A DNA stretch of 50,744 nucleotides from a virus, in IMG/VR virus record IMGVR_UViG_3300002091_000004; one strand, 5' to 3'. Position 1 is the first letter of the stretch. Each line of letters starts with the position of its first letter. Positions 42,391-50,744 of this stretch are shown here, piece by piece. Below the pieces are notes generated by a model. That model searched no databases, was not told the DNA's origin, and worked only from the letters and a program-made list of their open reading frames with translations. Position numbers and translations under genes: made by a program.

Positions 42391-45064
42391 TTATGATAAT
42401 CCTGTTATTACCTTCAAGGTCGGCATTATTAGAGGTGTCTTGAATAGACGCAAAGTTACTATTGTCCACAGAAGCTTTATTAAAGATTTCTGTAATAGAA
42501 ACTCTGTTAGTTGAATCTCCTGTAATAGACACAAACCTATTAGGCGGTGCATTTACAAAAGGACTTTTAAGAACTGGTATTCCAGAAAGGATATTTCCAG
42601 AAGACAAGTTAACGATAGTTACTTCTACTGGACTTCCTAAAGAAGGTTGACCAATCAAGATACCATTTGCAATAAGAACATTCTTACCGATAATATTAGG
42701 ATTACCAAGAATGGGCGAATTGTAAGTGATATTAGAAGCAGAGAGATTAAAGATACGACCAGCAGTCGGTGTACCAAGGATAACTGCACTAGAAGTTATA
42801 CTAACAGAAGTCAGAACATGCTTCTGAGTAAGTGTTGTGGCATTAACCTCAACAATACCAGACAGTATCCCTATGGCACTAAGCACATGCTTTTGGCTGA
42901 TAGTGCTTTGTCCAAATACAGGTGTACCTATGGTAATATCCGTAGCGTACAGCACCCTTGGCGTCAGAAGTACAGGTGTACCAAAAGTAGGTGTACCCTC
43001 AACAATACTAGTGGATACTAGCACGTTATTTTGAGAAATAGTCGTAGTAGTCAGTTCAACAATACCAGTCGTAATTCCTGTAGAGGAAAGACTATGGATT
43101 TGTGTTAGGCTACTTGCACCTAAAGTGGGAATTCCTGTAACAATCCCAACAGAAGTTAGGACATAGGGTACAGATAGTATAGGGCTATCAAGCGTTGGTG
43201 TACCACAAACAATACTTGTGGAAGTTAGTACTTGCACTTGGGTAATAGAAGAATTATCAAGAACAGGTGTACCACAAACAATACTTGTGGAAGTTAGTAC
43301 TTGCACTTGGGTAATAGAAGAATTATCAAGAACAGGTGTACCACAAACAATGCTAGTAGAAATCAGAGCTTGTGTCTGGTTAATTACTGGGTTATCAAGA
43401 ACAGGAGTTCCTGTAGTAATACCAGTAGAGGTCAGACTATCAGTAGAACCTAAAGGATATCGGATAATAACGATACCGTTACCACCTTTACCAACCGATA
43501 CTGCACTTAGGCCACTAACCCAACAAGCACCACCAGATCCACCACCAGAACCATCATTAGCAGCAGAAACACTTAAGTTTTGAGAGTTACCAGCAGAACC
43601 ACCATTGACACCATAGCCCGGTATACCAGTATTACGGCTTGCGCCACCACCACCGCCAGCAAAACTGATAGGAGCATCGAAGAAGGTACTAAAAGTAGCA
43701 CCAGCCCCACCATTACCGCCAGTAGTTGTTGTGGCAGAACCACCTATAGCAGAAAAACCACCACCGCCGCCGCCAAAGAATTGGGTACTGTTACCAGTAC
43801 CACCGGCACTACCTTTACCCGCTGTTCCAGAGCCACCAGAAGTAGAACCAGTTACACCCGGTCCACCACCACCAGAACCTCCTGAGCCACCATTTGTTGT
43901 ACCACCACCTGAACCACCACCTTGGGCAGTAAGGCCGTTGAAGGTAGTATTACCGCCAGCATTACCTTGAGTAGCTGCGCCAGCAGATGCAAGGGCTGCA
44001 CCACCTGAGCCAATTACAATAGGATAACTTCCGGCTGAAAGGCTTATAGGTGAGCCAACAGTATGGATAAGGCCACCAGCCCCGCCACCACCACCAGCAA
44101 CAGCCCGTCCACCTGAGCCACCACCACCAACCATAATGTATTCAACATTGGTGAGGTTAGAAGCTGGGGAGAAAGTCCCACTAGTAGAGAAAACATGGTA
44201 GCGATAAGTTGTAGCACCAATCGTCTTATCATAGGTAGTATTGGTACCGGGAATAAGATCTGCGGGATAACGGATCATTACGATACCGTCGCCACCTTTA
44301 CCGGAAATATTGGTAGTTAGTGTTGTTCTAACACCGCCAGAACCACCACCAGTACCATCAACACCTGCGGCTGAAGAGGCTGTACCTGACCCAGCAGAGC
44401 CGCCACCTAGGCCACCTGCCGTGGTAGTACCTCCGCCACCTCCACCACCTGCATAGGCTGCTTTTATTCCAGAGAACGTAAAGTAAGTGCCTGCACCACC
44501 AGCACCAGTACTAGAAGCATCGACACCAACGGCAGAGTTACCACCACCACCGCCACCAAATTGGAAGGTCACTGTGGAGTTAAATAGACCTGCACCACCA
44601 GCATTACCTTGACCTACGGTACCTGTACCGCCAGCCGTAGCACCACTAAGACCGGGACCGCCACCACCAGAACCACCATTGCGTCCAGTTGTAGTTGTTG
44701 TGGCACCGCCTCCACCACCCCCAATAGCACTAAGACCATTGAAAGTACCATTAGTGCCGGGGTTGCCGTTTCTAGCAGTAGAGCCAGTAACAGTAGCAGC
44801 ACCACCTACACCAACAGTAACAGGAAAGCTACCAGCAGACAAGGCAATGGGTGAACCGATGTTTTGGAGAAGGCCCCCTGCACCACCACCACCTGCACCA
44901 CCTGCGTTTCTACCACCAGAACCACCGCCTGCAACTAGGAAATATTCAACATCAGAGCCACCAGTAGTGACTGTAAAAGTTCCATCAGCCGTAAAGGTGT
45001 GTAGACGCCAAAGCTTATTAGCATCCCAAATATAGCTAATTGAACCGCCAGTCGCTAGGGTCAT
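42365..45064 (-). CDS. Glycine-rich fiber-like protein (899 aa)
   Basis: Two ~270-aa Gly-rich modules each ending GG(D/N)GIV(M/I)IRYP, then more than 10 copies of a 22-23-aa unit. Confidence 0.75.
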   Translation of the reverse strand: MTLATGGSISYIWDANKLWRLHTFTADGTFTVTTGGSDVEYFLVAGGGSGGRNAGGAGGGGAGGLLQNIGSPIALSAGSFPVTVGVGGAATVTGSTARNGNPGTNGTFNGLSAIGGGGGGATTTTTGRNGGSGGGGPGLSGATAGGTGTVGQGNAGGAGLFNSTVTFQFGGGGGGNSAVGVDASSTGAGGAGTYFTFSGIKAAYAGGGGGGGTTTAGGLGGGSAGSGTASSAAGVDGTGGGSGGVRTTLTTNISGKGGDGIVMIRYPADLIPGTNTTYDKTIGATTYRYHVFSTSGTFSPASNLTNVEYIMVGGGGSGGRAVAGGGGGAGGLIHTVGSPISLSAGSYPIVIGSGGAALASAGAATQGNAGGNTTFNGLTAQGGGSGGGTTNGGSGGSGGGGPGVTGSTSGGSGTAGKGSAGGTGNSTQFFGGGGGGFSAIGGSATTTTGGNGGAGATFSTFFDAPISFAGGGGGASRNTGIPGYGVNGGSAGNSQNLSVSAANDGSGGGSGGACWVSGLSAVSVGKGGNGIVIIRYPLGSTDSLTSTGITTGTPVLDNPVINQTQALISTSIVCGTPVLDNSSITQVQVLTSTSIVCGTPVLDNSSITQVQVLTSTSIVCGTPTLDSPILSVPYVLTSVGIVTGIPTLGASSLTQIHSLSSTGITTGIVELTTTTISQNNVLVSTSIVEGTPTFGTPVLLTPRVLYATDITIGTPVFGQSTISQKHVLSAIGILSGIVEVNATTLTQKHVLTSVSITSSAVILGTPTAGRIFNLSASNITYNSPILGNPNIIGKNVLIANGILIGQPSLGSPVEVTIVNLSSGNILSGIPVLKSPFVNAPPNRFVSITGDSTNRVSITEIFNKASVDNSNFASIQDTSNNADLEGNNRIIINDLFNQAK
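43197..43334. repeat. Perfect 69-bp tandem duplication inside the fiber gene
   Basis: Identical units at 43197 and 43266 (23 aa LTSTSIVCGTPVLDNSSITQVQV), diverged copies on both sides. Confidence 0.9.
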
Positions 45065-45069
45065 TTAAT

Positions 45070-45267
45070 TTAAACCTCTTCTTGCGGAGGGCTAAACCCA
45101 CTCTCTTGTGTCCAGAGCCAACCTAGCGCAGGATATTGATCCATACTTGTAATTTCAATCCAAAAACCGGGGTACAAAGCCGGATTTTCAGACATATATT
45201 GTGCAGTTGTCTTTCTTACGTCCGTAACAAGACCCTCTGTTACTTGAACAAAATAACTGGTTTCCAT
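45070..45267 (-). CDS. Hypothetical protein
   Basis: 65 aa ORF. Confidence 0.45.
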   Translation of the reverse strand: METSYFVQVTEGLVTDVRKTTAQYMSENPALYPGFWIEITSMDQYPALGWLWTQESGFSPPQEEV

Positions 45268-45277
45268 TAGTCACCTA

Positions 45278-45646
45278 TTACGGAGCAGGGATGCCAATAT
45301 CAAAGGTGGTCAGAGTAAACGTATTGCCAGAAGTCACAGCTTGAGAAGCAGACAAAACACCAGCCGCAATCAGTTCCGAAGTGGCTGTTTTAACCAAAGC
45401 GTAACGAGTTGCAGTACCTGTCCCAGTGACAGTACCAGCCGAAATAGCTGGCACCGTTACTTTACGACCATTCGGGCTACGAACACCAGCAGCGCCAACA
45501 GTAACAGCAGAGTTACCGAGGGTGTTTGTGGTTACGTCCGAATAGGTAGCCGGATCACTTGCACCTTGCAGGATATGAAGAGTAGTCACGTTAGAAGTCA
45601 GATAGTTTAGACCACTATCATAGACGTTGTTACCAAGAAAGGCCAT
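45278..45646 (-). CDS. Hypothetical structural protein
   Basis: 122 aa, Thr/Ala/Gly-rich; directly downstream of the portal gene. Confidence 0.5.
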   Translation of the reverse strand: MAFLGNNVYDSGLNYLTSNVTTLHILQGASDPATYSDVTTNTLGNSAVTVGAAGVRSPNGRKVTVPAISAGTVTGTGTATRYALVKTATSELIAAGVLSASQAVTSGNTFTLTTFDIGIPAP

Positions 45647-45661
45647 ATTAGTCTCCGAAGA

Positions 45662-47068
45662 TTATTTGGTTTGATCAGTTACATCTTGAGCATCATTAGT
45701 AGCCTGTGCAGCAAGCATAGCTGCTTTATCTTCGGCTGCTTTTGCTTCTTTTTGGGTCTTTACGTAAAGATCTTTATCAAAAGGAAGTTCAGCAACATGA
45801 AGCAATTCAGCCACAGTATCGCCTTGATTAGAGATATCAATACTTGCACCATTAAGGTTGCGAAGGAATACTGCCAATTCACGAAGGTCGTGAGGAGCAA
45901 CATCACCAGCCACAAGCTTAGGCATAATGTCCCAAGAAAGACCATTCAGACGCCAAATGGACTCTACAAGTTGTTTGTTAAGCGTGTCTACAATGCTATT
46001 AATATAGCTTTCCATAGAACGAAGAAACAAGTCAGTTTTAGTTTTAGACAAAGCATACGAACCAGTAGCACCACCACCAAGCATCATAAACTCAGCCATA
46101 ACAGAACGAGCAATGTCATGCTGATAGCGTTGAATTACTGGATCAGTGTTAATAGCCCGAGTGCCATTAGCGGTAATGAGTTCAATATCCATAAGACGTT
46201 GATTGGTTGGTTTACCATCCACGTCCACATAAAGGTCAGAGGGAAGGAGCGCATAACCTTGTTCATTGTTTTTCAAATCTCGAAGGATGCGTTCAAATTG
46301 CTGACGCAGGGCTGCTTGGTCTACTGTGGCATCTGAACTAAGATACTCAGCAGGCATACGGCCAACAGGAACACCATGAAGTTCACGCTCAATAGCAATA
46401 GCTTCATAGCTTTGAATCCTATTCAGGTAGGTATAAGCCACATAGGCATTACGCAGAACAGAGCGTCCAGAAGGATCATTATTAAGGCTTGTGGTGCGAT
46501 AATAAATACTCTTTTCTACAGGAATGTAGATAGCTGGCTTACCCCATGTCACCATCTGGTGCATACCGAGAATTTCACTATTTTCGTGGTCAACCTCAAA
46601 AAGATAGACAGTCCAAGGAGCACGGATAGCAAGTTTCTTTACGCCAATCTTACCATCATTATATTTGCTGTTCTTTTTACTGGAACGAGCCTCACCACCA
46701 CGAACTTTATAGACAGTTTCAAACCATGAAAAACCATAAGTCAAGAAAGACAGGGCTTCTGCAATGTGGTCATCAAGGCTATGGTCCATGTCATCCAGAA
46801 TGGACTTCATAAAGTCAGCAGCATCTTGGGCAGCAGGAGAGTTATCAATAGGAACAACCTTAATTTCAACATCGCGAAGGGTTTGTTCAACTGCGTACAT
46901 AACAGCACCAATAGTGGCATTATTGTCACGCATTTCACGATATTTTTGAATAGCCTTATTGCCACGAAGGTCAACAAGAAATTCATCAGCATAAGGCAAA
47001 CCTGAATAGGTATTCTGTCCAGAAACCCCAAGTTCAATTTTGCTGGCAGTTTCCGACAGCTTATTCAT
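45662..47068 (-). CDS. Portal protein
   Basis: 468 aa, immediately downstream of terL. Confidence 0.8.
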   Translation of the reverse strand: MNKLSETASKIELGVSGQNTYSGLPYADEFLVDLRGNKAIQKYREMRDNNATIGAVMYAVEQTLRDVEIKVVPIDNSPAAQDAADFMKSILDDMDHSLDDHIAEALSFLTYGFSWFETVYKVRGGEARSSKKNSKYNDGKIGVKKLAIRAPWTVYLFEVDHENSEILGMHQMVTWGKPAIYIPVEKSIYYRTTSLNNDPSGRSVLRNAYVAYTYLNRIQSYEAIAIERELHGVPVGRMPAEYLSSDATVDQAALRQQFERILRDLKNNEQGYALLPSDLYVDVDGKPTNQRLMDIELITANGTRAINTDPVIQRYQHDIARSVMAEFMMLGGGATGSYALSKTKTDLFLRSMESYINSIVDTLNKQLVESIWRLNGLSWDIMPKLVAGDVAPHDLRELAVFLRNLNGASIDISNQGDTVAELLHVAELPFDKDLYVKTQKEAKAAEDKAAMLAAQATNDAQDVTDQTK

Positions 47069-47076
47069 TAGACTAC

Positions 47077-48501
47077 CTATTGATTTGAAGTTAGACCTTT
47101 TGCATCTGAATAGGCCAAATTAAGTGTTGGTTTAGCAATACCTTTAAGGGCAAGGTCAGTCAATGCCCAAACTAGAGCATCAAGACGGTCAGGAGAACCA
47201 ATAGAACCCAAAGGTTCCCATTGAACCATTTGATTTTCAAGTTCATCCAATCCCCTAGCATGTTTAACCTTGTGTCTTTCATACAAAGCCGATACTGGTT
47301 CAGCACGGGCATACTTACCTTTAGAAGCATGGACCAAGCGAATAGGGATAGTCTCATTAACTGTTTGTAGAGTATGTCTAACCATATCCCCACCTTGATT
47401 TCGTTCTGCTACAACACGATCCGCAGTATACTTAAAATAAAGGTCATTGGCTTTAGTAGCCCACTGTTCAGGAGAATATCTGTTTGTGGCATCTTCAAGG
47501 ACATAGCAAACACCATTAAGGTCTATACCTGCCACAACAATGCCAGTCATATCGCTTTCAGCATTAGCTGTAACCGCAGGGTCAATAGCCACAACAACTC
47601 TAGCAAGATTGTTAGCAAACTCTATAGGATCAGGAATATCCATCTCACAGGCTTCAAGAACATCTCTTGTCCACAAAGCACCAGAAGCTTCATCAAGGAT
47701 TTCAGCATAAAGTTCTTGACGGCCAAGCCTCGTACCTTCATACAAGTTCTTCACTGTATCAAGATAAGGAGCCGCAAGATTAGCAGAGTTATCAAAAGTT
47801 GAACCAAAGGTGACAACAGTTGTTTTACCTTTAATAATGTCTCGTACAAGCTTAGTAGGCTTAGGAGTTGTAGTGACACAAACTTGAGGATGCTTGCCAA
47901 GACGAAGACAAAATTGGAGCATATCCCAAGTGTCTCTATCTCTATTCCAAGCAGCAAGTTCGTCACACCATGCACACTCAAACTGAGGTCCACGAAGACG
48001 TTCAGGTTCTTCAGCAGAGAAGAACTGTACTTGAGCACCATTCTCCCAAGTTAGTGTACGCTTAGTGGGAGACCATACAGGCATACCCATCTTAATACCA
48101 CGATCAGTCTTATCACCAGCCCAACAACGAGCAAGGAAACCAGACTCACCATTAATCATAACTCGTTCAATATCAGAGTTAGTAGCAGCGATAGCAGCAA
48201 TACGTTTTGCACCAGCTTTTACTTTTTCTCTGACCCACTCAACACCAGCACGGGTTTTACCAAAGCCACGACCAGCATTAATAAACCAAGTATTCCAAAG
48301 ACCTTCAGGAGCAAGTTGTGTAGGCCTTGCCCAAAAATGCCAGTTATAGATTAGGGACTTAGCCTTATCGGGATCAAGTTGAGCCAAAAGTTCAGCCACA
48401 TCCTCACCCATGCCACGAAGATCATCAGCATGAAGTGCTAGACCATTCTTACCAGTGGGTTCGGGTTTAGGGGCTAACTTTTTGGTGACTCTCTTTACCA
48501 T
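47077..48501 (-). CDS. terL: Terminase large subunit (same locus as 475..1899)
   Basis: Identical peptide in the ORF track. Confidence 0.9.
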   Translation of the reverse strand: MVKRVTKKLAPKPEPTGKNGLALHADDLRGMGEDVAELLAQLDPDKAKSLIYNWHFWARPTQLAPEGLWNTWFINAGRGFGKTRAGVEWVREKVKAGAKRIAAIAATNSDIERVMINGESGFLARCWAGDKTDRGIKMGMPVWSPTKRTLTWENGAQVQFFSAEEPERLRGPQFECAWCDELAAWNRDRDTWDMLQFCLRLGKHPQVCVTTTPKPTKLVRDIIKGKTTVVTFGSTFDNSANLAAPYLDTVKNLYEGTRLGRQELYAEILDEASGALWTRDVLEACEMDIPDPIEFANNLARVVVAIDPAVTANAESDMTGIVVAGIDLNGVCYVLEDATNRYSPEQWATKANDLYFKYTADRVVAERNQGGDMVRHTLQTVNETIPIRLVHASKGKYARAEPVSALYERHKVKHARGLDELENQMVQWEPLGSIGSPDRLDALVWALTDLALKGIAKPTLNLAYSDAKGLTSNQ

Positions 48502-48668
48502 TATTTCTCAACTGGCTCATATGTGTGACTTTTGTTTCTGATCTTTATTAGAAACTCATCTGGTGGGCTGTAATGAACTAAGTCAAGTTTTCTGATATAG
48601 TAACCAAACTCTTTTGCAAGGTCTGCAAGTTTTTGAGCCATATCTTCTGGCATTATTGTTGGTTTCAT
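48501..48668 (-). CDS. Hypothetical small protein (same locus as 1899..2066)
   Basis: Duplicate by +46,602 offset. Confidence 0.45.
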   Translation of the reverse strand: MKPTIMPEDMAQKLADLAKEFGYYIRKLDLVHYSPPDEFLIKIRNKSHTYEPVEK

Positions 48669-49051
48669 TACTCTTCTTTTTCTTTTTTCTTCTTACCTAG
48701 CAAAGCAAGAAGATCGTCAATAGCCCCATTATCAGAGGTTTCATCTTCAGGTTCAGCTTCAATAATGGTTTGAGTTGGCGACCAGCCAGCTTTAGAACGA
48801 AGCACAAGTTCAGCAGCTTTCCAATCACCACTTTTAGCAGCACTGATAACTACATTACCCATTTCTTCTTGTAGGTTAGCCCTAGCATCTGCAATATCAG
48901 CACGATATGTCTTATACATACCATTCATAGAGGTAGGGGCATCTTTGAATTGTTGAATGTAATCTAGGATTACTCTCATAGCCACACCAGCGCCAATTTG
49001 ACGACGAATAGCTGTAGCAATTTCCATTTTATGTTTAAGTGCTTCAGCCAT
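48668..49051 (-). CDS. Putative terminase small subunit (same locus as 2066..2449)
   Basis: Duplicate by +46,602 offset. Confidence 0.45.
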   Translation of the reverse strand: MAEALKHKMEIATAIRRQIGAGVAMRVILDYIQQFKDAPTSMNGMYKTYRADIADARANLQEEMGNVVISAAKSGDWKAAELVLRSKAGWSPTQTIIEAEPEDETSDNGAIDDLLALLGKKKKEKEE

Positions 49052-49111
49052 TTGTGGCTCCTTTAATGCGCATATAAGCCTTATATGGCTATCTAACTGC
49101 CACAAAGTAAT

Positions 49112-49187
49112 TGGTGCCCCTGTTCAGAATCGAACTGATTTCCTCGCATTACAAAAGCGAACATCATCCAGTAAATGCTTCAAGGGC
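49112..49187 (-). tRNA. tRNA, probably Thr(UGU) (same locus as 2510..2585)
   Basis: Duplicate by +46,602 offset. Confidence 0.6.
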
Positions 49188-49351
49188 CTAGCCTGATAAA
49201 CAGGAAATAAGGAACCCTCCAGGGTGCGCCCAACCGATACTCAGTCTATTAATGGCGTGGAGGGTCTATAAACAAAAGGCTCAAACCTAGTTACGCTTCC
49301 ATGATACATGAGATTGTGGGGAAGATTTGTTGTTTTGCCTTTTGTTTATTA

Positions 49352-49380
49352 GATATAATGTTGGTGTTCTGAAAAGTCAA
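49352..49380 (-). promoter_or_regulatory. sigma70-like promoter (same locus as 2750..2778)
   Basis: Duplicate by +46,602 offset. Confidence 0.5.
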
Positions 49381-49499
49381 GGGCAATAGTGATAAAAATA
49401 TCACATATTACGTATTTATTTTTCAAAACACCTAATTTTATCAGTTAAACCACAAAAATATAAAAGTTAACCACAAAAAGTTAACTGATATTTACATGA

Positions 49500-50021
49500 T
49501 TAGCTTCTAAAGTGCAAAGGCATAGTAGTATCCCATCTGTGGATGCTTTTATCCTTTTCCCACTCTCTACGTATAGCTACAGCCTCTTCATAGCTATTTG
49601 TTCTATATACTGCTTGGGTAGGACCCCTTCTAGCTACATAGTAGCCCATAGGCATAATTCTAGCCACACCCTCAACATCAGTCTCAACAGATTTAGGCTT
49701 AACTACATGTCTGGCAGACAAAGCCTTCTCTGCTTTCTTAACCACAAGAAGATTAGAAAATTCAAAGTTAAGACAATCACCATCTTCAAACTTGATCACT
49801 TCATCATCTTTAAGGAAGTAGTTCTTGTGAAGGATATATGCTACTCTTGCAGGCTGTAGAGCAATGACTTCATCACCTACCCTAACACCCAAGTACATCT
49901 TTCCACCCTTAGTAGAGTCAAGTAGTCTACCAGACTTCTTACTATAAAACCTACCTTGTTCGTGGTCATACTCAAACTTATTATTGAGTTCCTTGTAGGA
50001 GAACCCTTTGTATCTTTCCAT
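49500..50021 (-). CDS. HNH_3/AP2-type protein (same locus as 2898..3419)
   Basis: Identical peptide in the ORF track. Confidence 0.55.
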   Translation of the reverse strand: MERYKGFSYKELNNKFEYDHEQGRFYSKKSGRLLDSTKGGKMYLGVRVGDEVIALQPARVAYILHKNYFLKDDEVIKFEDGDCLNFEFSNLLVVKKAEKALSARHVVKPKSVETDVEGVARIMPMGYYVARRGPTQAVYRTNSYEEAVAIRREWEKDKSIHRWDTTMPLHFRS

Positions 50022-50217
50022 TGGTACTCTATCCTAGACTGATTACTGATACTCTCTATATACAGATTCTGTACAGTTCTTCAAGTACTATCTTCTAATA
50101 CTCTTTATCTCTATAGATAATCATATCCTTGTACGTACAGATATCCTTATACGTACTATCCTTTAAGTAATAGTCTATCTTAGATGGGGATATATTGGGG
50201 GGAACCAACCTTAAAGT

Positions 50218-50246
50218 AATATAGTGTTGGTGTTCTGTAGTGTCAA
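50218..50246 (-). promoter_or_regulatory. sigma70-like promoter (same locus as 3616..3644)
   Basis: Duplicate by +46,602 offset. Confidence 0.5.
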
Positions 50247-50744
50247 GGGGCATTTGTAAAAATATTTGTATATTTATCAAAAATCTTTTTTTTTGTGGAA
50301 TTTAGGTCACGAAGGTAAGTCAAATACTTTTTCGTCAAGTCTAGAATGTCACGTTCTTTATGTCAAGGTAAGTATGTCATGTAAGCTTACTATATATAAG
50401 GGGGAGATATGTCACGGCTTGTTCTTTCTTAAAATTTTTCTTATAGATTTCAAGCTGTTACAAAAGTCAGAAATTTTTCTTTTGGATTTATATGGGCTAA
50501 CCCACCCCAAACGAATCACCCCCCTATAATCCCAAGGGACCCTAGACTGCTCAGGCTAACGCCCTGCGCCTAGTCAATATCTAATCGTCACTGGTATCGA
50601 AAGAGTTAGACTAGTGTGGCAAATATGTCACTGTAATATAAATGTCACGGCTTCTAACTGTCATGGGATGGTCGGTTGATTTAACTTGACAGTGTGAAAT
50701 TAGTAAATCTTTTCCGTAGGATAGCGATTCGGCTAACCCCCCCC

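Larger units (their letters stand above)
46603..50744. repeat. Terminal direct repeat, right copy (same sequence as 1..4142)
   Basis: See left copy; the window ends inside a C homopolymer (8 C here, 9 C at 4135..4143). Confidence 0.9.

Noticed and set aside
43197-43334. Diversity-generating retroelement acting on the fiber repeats
   Set aside because: No reverse transcriptase and no template repeat with adenine-specific differences were seen. The identical units are adjacent, which fits simple tandem duplication.
43580-45035. Long plus-strand ORFs encoding Pro/Thr-rich proteins (43580..43885, 43731..43970, 44609..44854, 44679..45035)
   Set aside because: They are antisense to the GGN-rich glycine-rich fiber gene, and CCN codons arise automatically on the opposite strand. 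They are shadow ORFs.

Overview
The window is one complete tailed-phage genome of 46,602 bp, written out with a 4,142-bp exact terminal overlap (1..4142 = 46603..50744). Everything left of 4142 therefore appears twice.

Layout:
- Plus-strand early, replication and nucleotide-metabolism arm (7784..27519): cytosine-MTase-like, M28-peptidase-like, SleB-like hydrolase, T7-type primase-helicase, family A DNA polymerase, SSB, ThyX, FEN-type exonuclease, T7 endonuclease I-like, phosphoesterase, N6-MTase-like, MazG, class II RNR, glutaredoxin-like, PhoH and Dps.
- This arm converges at a bidirectional terminator (27526..27563) on the minus-strand late arm: lysis cassette, siphovirus-type tail genes with tape measure and a -1 frameshifted chaperone, head genes, portal, TerL, a TerS-like gene and a tRNA.
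- Between the arms lies a repeat-dense, partly GC-shifted control/accessory region (about 3420..7783).
- No RNA polymerase, integrase or repressor was recognised. Both arms carry sigma70-like promoters.

Most notable observations:
- nrdJ is split by two group I introns whose junctions can be placed exactly.
- A downstream HNH gene ends in a recoded duplicate of the RNR C-terminal tail.
- An ~80-bp promoter cassette is repeated, with one copy antisense inside the early arm.
- The inter-arm region holds four kinds of tandem or dispersed repeats, a GANTC / AGCGATTCG cluster and a 523-aa Cys-rich ORFan.

All calls come from motif recognition and hand folding. No database search was run.
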